From: Asterias rubens
Lineage: Eukaryota
Direction: 5' to 3'
Assembly: GCF_902459465.1 (NCBI RefSeq)
Contig: NC_047065.1
Span: forward strand, 7,750,001-7,814,000
Length of the DNA stretch: 64,000 nt
A program made the position numbers and the translations under genes. The notes under the pieces were generated by a model. The model made no database searches. It was not told the DNA's origin and saw nothing but the letters and a program-made list of their open reading frames with translations. Below are positions 60,981 to 64,000 of this stretch, one piece after another (the first letter of the stretch is position 1; every line of letters begins with the position of its first letter).

Positions 60981-63130
60981 CCTATGGCCAGGAGATTATA
61001 ATCGAATGATTCTTTTCATTTTGCGGACAACGGAAAATATAGGGAGGAGTTCGTGATCTTGAGGTCAAATGGCGAAACAAGCAGGTTCTGGTATAATGGG
61101 GTCAGCATGCCTTATTTCTGATCTTGAGGACAACTGGCAATGGGAATGAGATTGGGATCTTAGGGTAAATGGGCATCGGATATAGATGATCTTGGGGTCA
61201 ACTGGCAACATGGGGAGGAGATTCTTGTCTCCAGTTCAATATTGAATATGAGGTTATGCCCTTCAGGTCAATGTACAACATGAGGTGGTTCTGATATCGA
61301 GGCCAGTATGCCATAGTGAATGGTGGTTCCGATCTGGAGGTCAAAGGGCAGCAGCGCAAAAAGGTTCTAGTCTTAAGTTCAATAATGGAAGGGCTGTAAT
61401 AGTGAGGTCCATGTGCAATTTCTAAATTTTGAGGTCAATGGGGAGTTTATGAAGAGGGTCTGCTTTTGAGGTCAATTGGCAATATGGAAAGGATGCTCTG
61501 ATATTGAGGTAAATTACGTTACGGGGATGCGGTCATGATCTTCTTGTCAGGTCAACGTGCAAATATGGGGAGGAGGTTGTGATCTTGAGGTCAATGAACA
61601 AATATGGAACTAATTTTAAGAGATGTGTGTGTGTGTGTTTGGTCTGGAACTAGCTTAGACATTTGTTGATTTGAGATAACGAGCCTGCAAAAATGCATCT
61701 ATTAATGCGAATAATCACTCAAAAAATGAGACTGATTGCTAAGTTTCCACAACAAGGAAATCCATATGTTTCTCCCACTTAGCTATTCGGGTCCATTTTT
61801 GCTCTTAGCAGCAGTCAGCTACACTTACATTTCCCCAAAGCCATGAATGTCTTTCCAATGTGTTAAGTTGGTGGTGTGTTTTACGAAAATAACATCATTC
61901 GCAAACATTATATTGATTGATGTGAGGTAATATTAGACGAGTGTGTAACATTGTGTCCAGATGATTGTGTGATGTTGTATACTTCATGAACATTCGTGTA
62001 ATAAATGTGCATAATAACATAAACCCAAGGTTATTTTATAAATAACCACTGTGACCTGCATGATGAATTGTAAACGTCTGGCCAGAACGGCAGCAGTAAA
62101 GTACAGACGAACTTGTTATTTCAGAACACCTCATCGTAAAAAGCAGATATAGCTCCTGTGGTGAACTGCAACAATTATTGCAGTCGCCAACTAAATTTAC
62201 CAACAGGCCTAACTTGTGCCATGTTGAACAATTTCGTTCCCACCAAAAATACTCCTTTATAAAGCTATGAGGAAGTGCAATATCTGTATTGACCTAATTG
62301 TGCATGGAAAACGAACGGGAAGATAAGATGTTTACATAATCTGAGACTTTCACATCTCTATTTTGTCCTTATACACTCTGGTTATTAAAGTTGCATTTTC
62401 TAATTTTTGCCGATTTGTTATAATTTGTTGTCCGAATTTGACAAGATGCTGCTGTTTCAAAACGAAAAGCATACAAATACTTTTGCATCACAGACAATCC
62501 ACAGAATACATGACACATGCAAAAAGGGTTTGACTGATGATGATCGACGTTAATTAATGTCGAGATCCCGATAACTATAAACTACCACTAATCTTGAGGA
62601 TTTGCTAGTGATATACTTTTATATAACGCTTACACCTACCTCGAATATTAACTAGCTTTTTCAAATTTTGATATCAATTTACGAGTCCAAACACCCCAAA
62701 GAATCTGACTTAACTTAAACATTGGATACATTTACCAACAATAAGAGAAGTTTCTCACTCGATATTTACTTTCTCGATAAATGTCACTGGAATAAAAGGA
62801 AGTGGATTTCTTCAAACTACTCAAATTTCAACTACATGAAAGGGTGTTCAAGTTGTATCATGATGCACTCACTACAAAACTGGTATCTGAAATATTTCTG
62901 TGTATGTGCTATATATGGCTGTCAATAATTCGGGTAATATTTTACATAAAACATTTGGTAACATTCGATGGATTCCCCATTGACTGGAATTAATGCACTC
63001 TGCTATAAACCAAGATTGTCTCAAATTATCTTAAATCATTTATGACTTTCATTTTATGAAGGTTTTTGTTTAATACTATGGTTCGTAATAATGTGACGGT
63101 TGGGTGCATTTTATTAATGACGAACATTGG

Positions 63131-63517
63131 TTAAAGGATTCAGGTACTTTTTGTAACGCAAAACACAATGTCCACAGATTTACATTAAACGTACACAGTT
63201 TGAAGATAACGATAGTAGAAAGCGTAGCTTAAAATATTAGTTGCTCAGGCGCTGGTTTTTTTTTTTAGAGATTAGTAAAACAATGTCATGAAAATATGTT
63301 CTTACATGTTCAAAATTACAAAATGCGTCTCATGATCACTGAAACAAAAATTATTTTCATGACATTGTTTTACCCATTTCTCAGAAACTACAACACCTCA
63401 GCATCTAATAGTGTCAGGGAAGCTTTCTACTATCATTGTCTTCAAACCGTGTAAGTTTAATGTATATCTATGGATATTGCGTTTTTTGTCCTGCAAAAAG
63501 TACATTAGAACCTTTAA
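63131..63517. mobile_element. Family D MITE, full length
   Basis: TTAA|AGG...CCT|TTAA with both inverted arms. Confidence 0.85.
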
Positions 63518-64000
63518 CTGAGCAGATGCTATTCGCACTATAGTTAGGCTCTTTGCAAAAAATATAGATATTTCAAAGTGCTAACAATCATTCACAATTA
63601 TTAATTTGTTTTTCTCTAAGATAAAATAAATCATTTTTAATCAAACGACACACTGGCTTATATGACTCGCTGATTTTACTCGATGTTTAAATCAAGACTT
63701 AAACACTTCAGCGTACATGTACAAAGGGTGAGAGTAAATGTTGTTTTTGTTATCAGGAATATAAAATCTTAAAGTGCACAACATTCCAAACATTTTTTCC
63801 AAGATGAATTGTTTTTCTTTTTTTCTAAAGAAATATTTTACTGAATTACATGTCTTCAACAAAAGCTGCACTAGTGCAGATAGATTAAAAACTTGACACA
63901 TGTTTAATATTGAATTTATGTTTAAACCCGTAAAAGCCATTGACATATTATACAAATGGTATAGTTGAAGACAGTTTTACAACGCCAAGCCTTAGGCCAA

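Overview
AT-rich eukaryotic (metazoan) genomic DNA, not prokaryotic: no operons, CRISPR array, rRNA or intact tRNA seen. The repeat style suggests an invertebrate deuterostome, probably a sea star; that is an inference from remembered repeats. Two convergent multi-exon genes are present. (1) On +, the 3' six coding exons of RPP40 (RNase P/MRP p40 subunit), 284-8675, all phase-consistent with GT-AG introns. (2) On -, coding exons 3-8 of a G-protein alpha-o gene (GNAO1 orthologue), 40806 down to 27622, with exon sizes 142/161/129/130/154/188 nt and C-terminus [10 protein letters not shown]. Exons 1-2 were not found and probably lie beyond 64000. The rest is intron/intergenic DNA packed with non-autonomous elements: about 20 copies of a TTAA-flanked Kolobok-type MITE plus related families, CWG/TWA-flanked Harbinger-type MITEs, ~150-bp hairpin MITEs, tRNA-derived SINEs, several minisatellites and four N gaps. 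Almost all entries in the ORF track are spurious (MITE or tandem-repeat frames). Most notable observations: a minimal type I hammerhead ribozyme fold in G-alpha-o intron 4 on the pre-mRNA strand (38866-38909); a ~25-copy 54-bp array built from an RPP40 exon end plus its 5' splice site; a 156-bp copy of an RPP40 intron/exon junction 37 kb away; and several unrelated MITE families converging on 142-152 bp.
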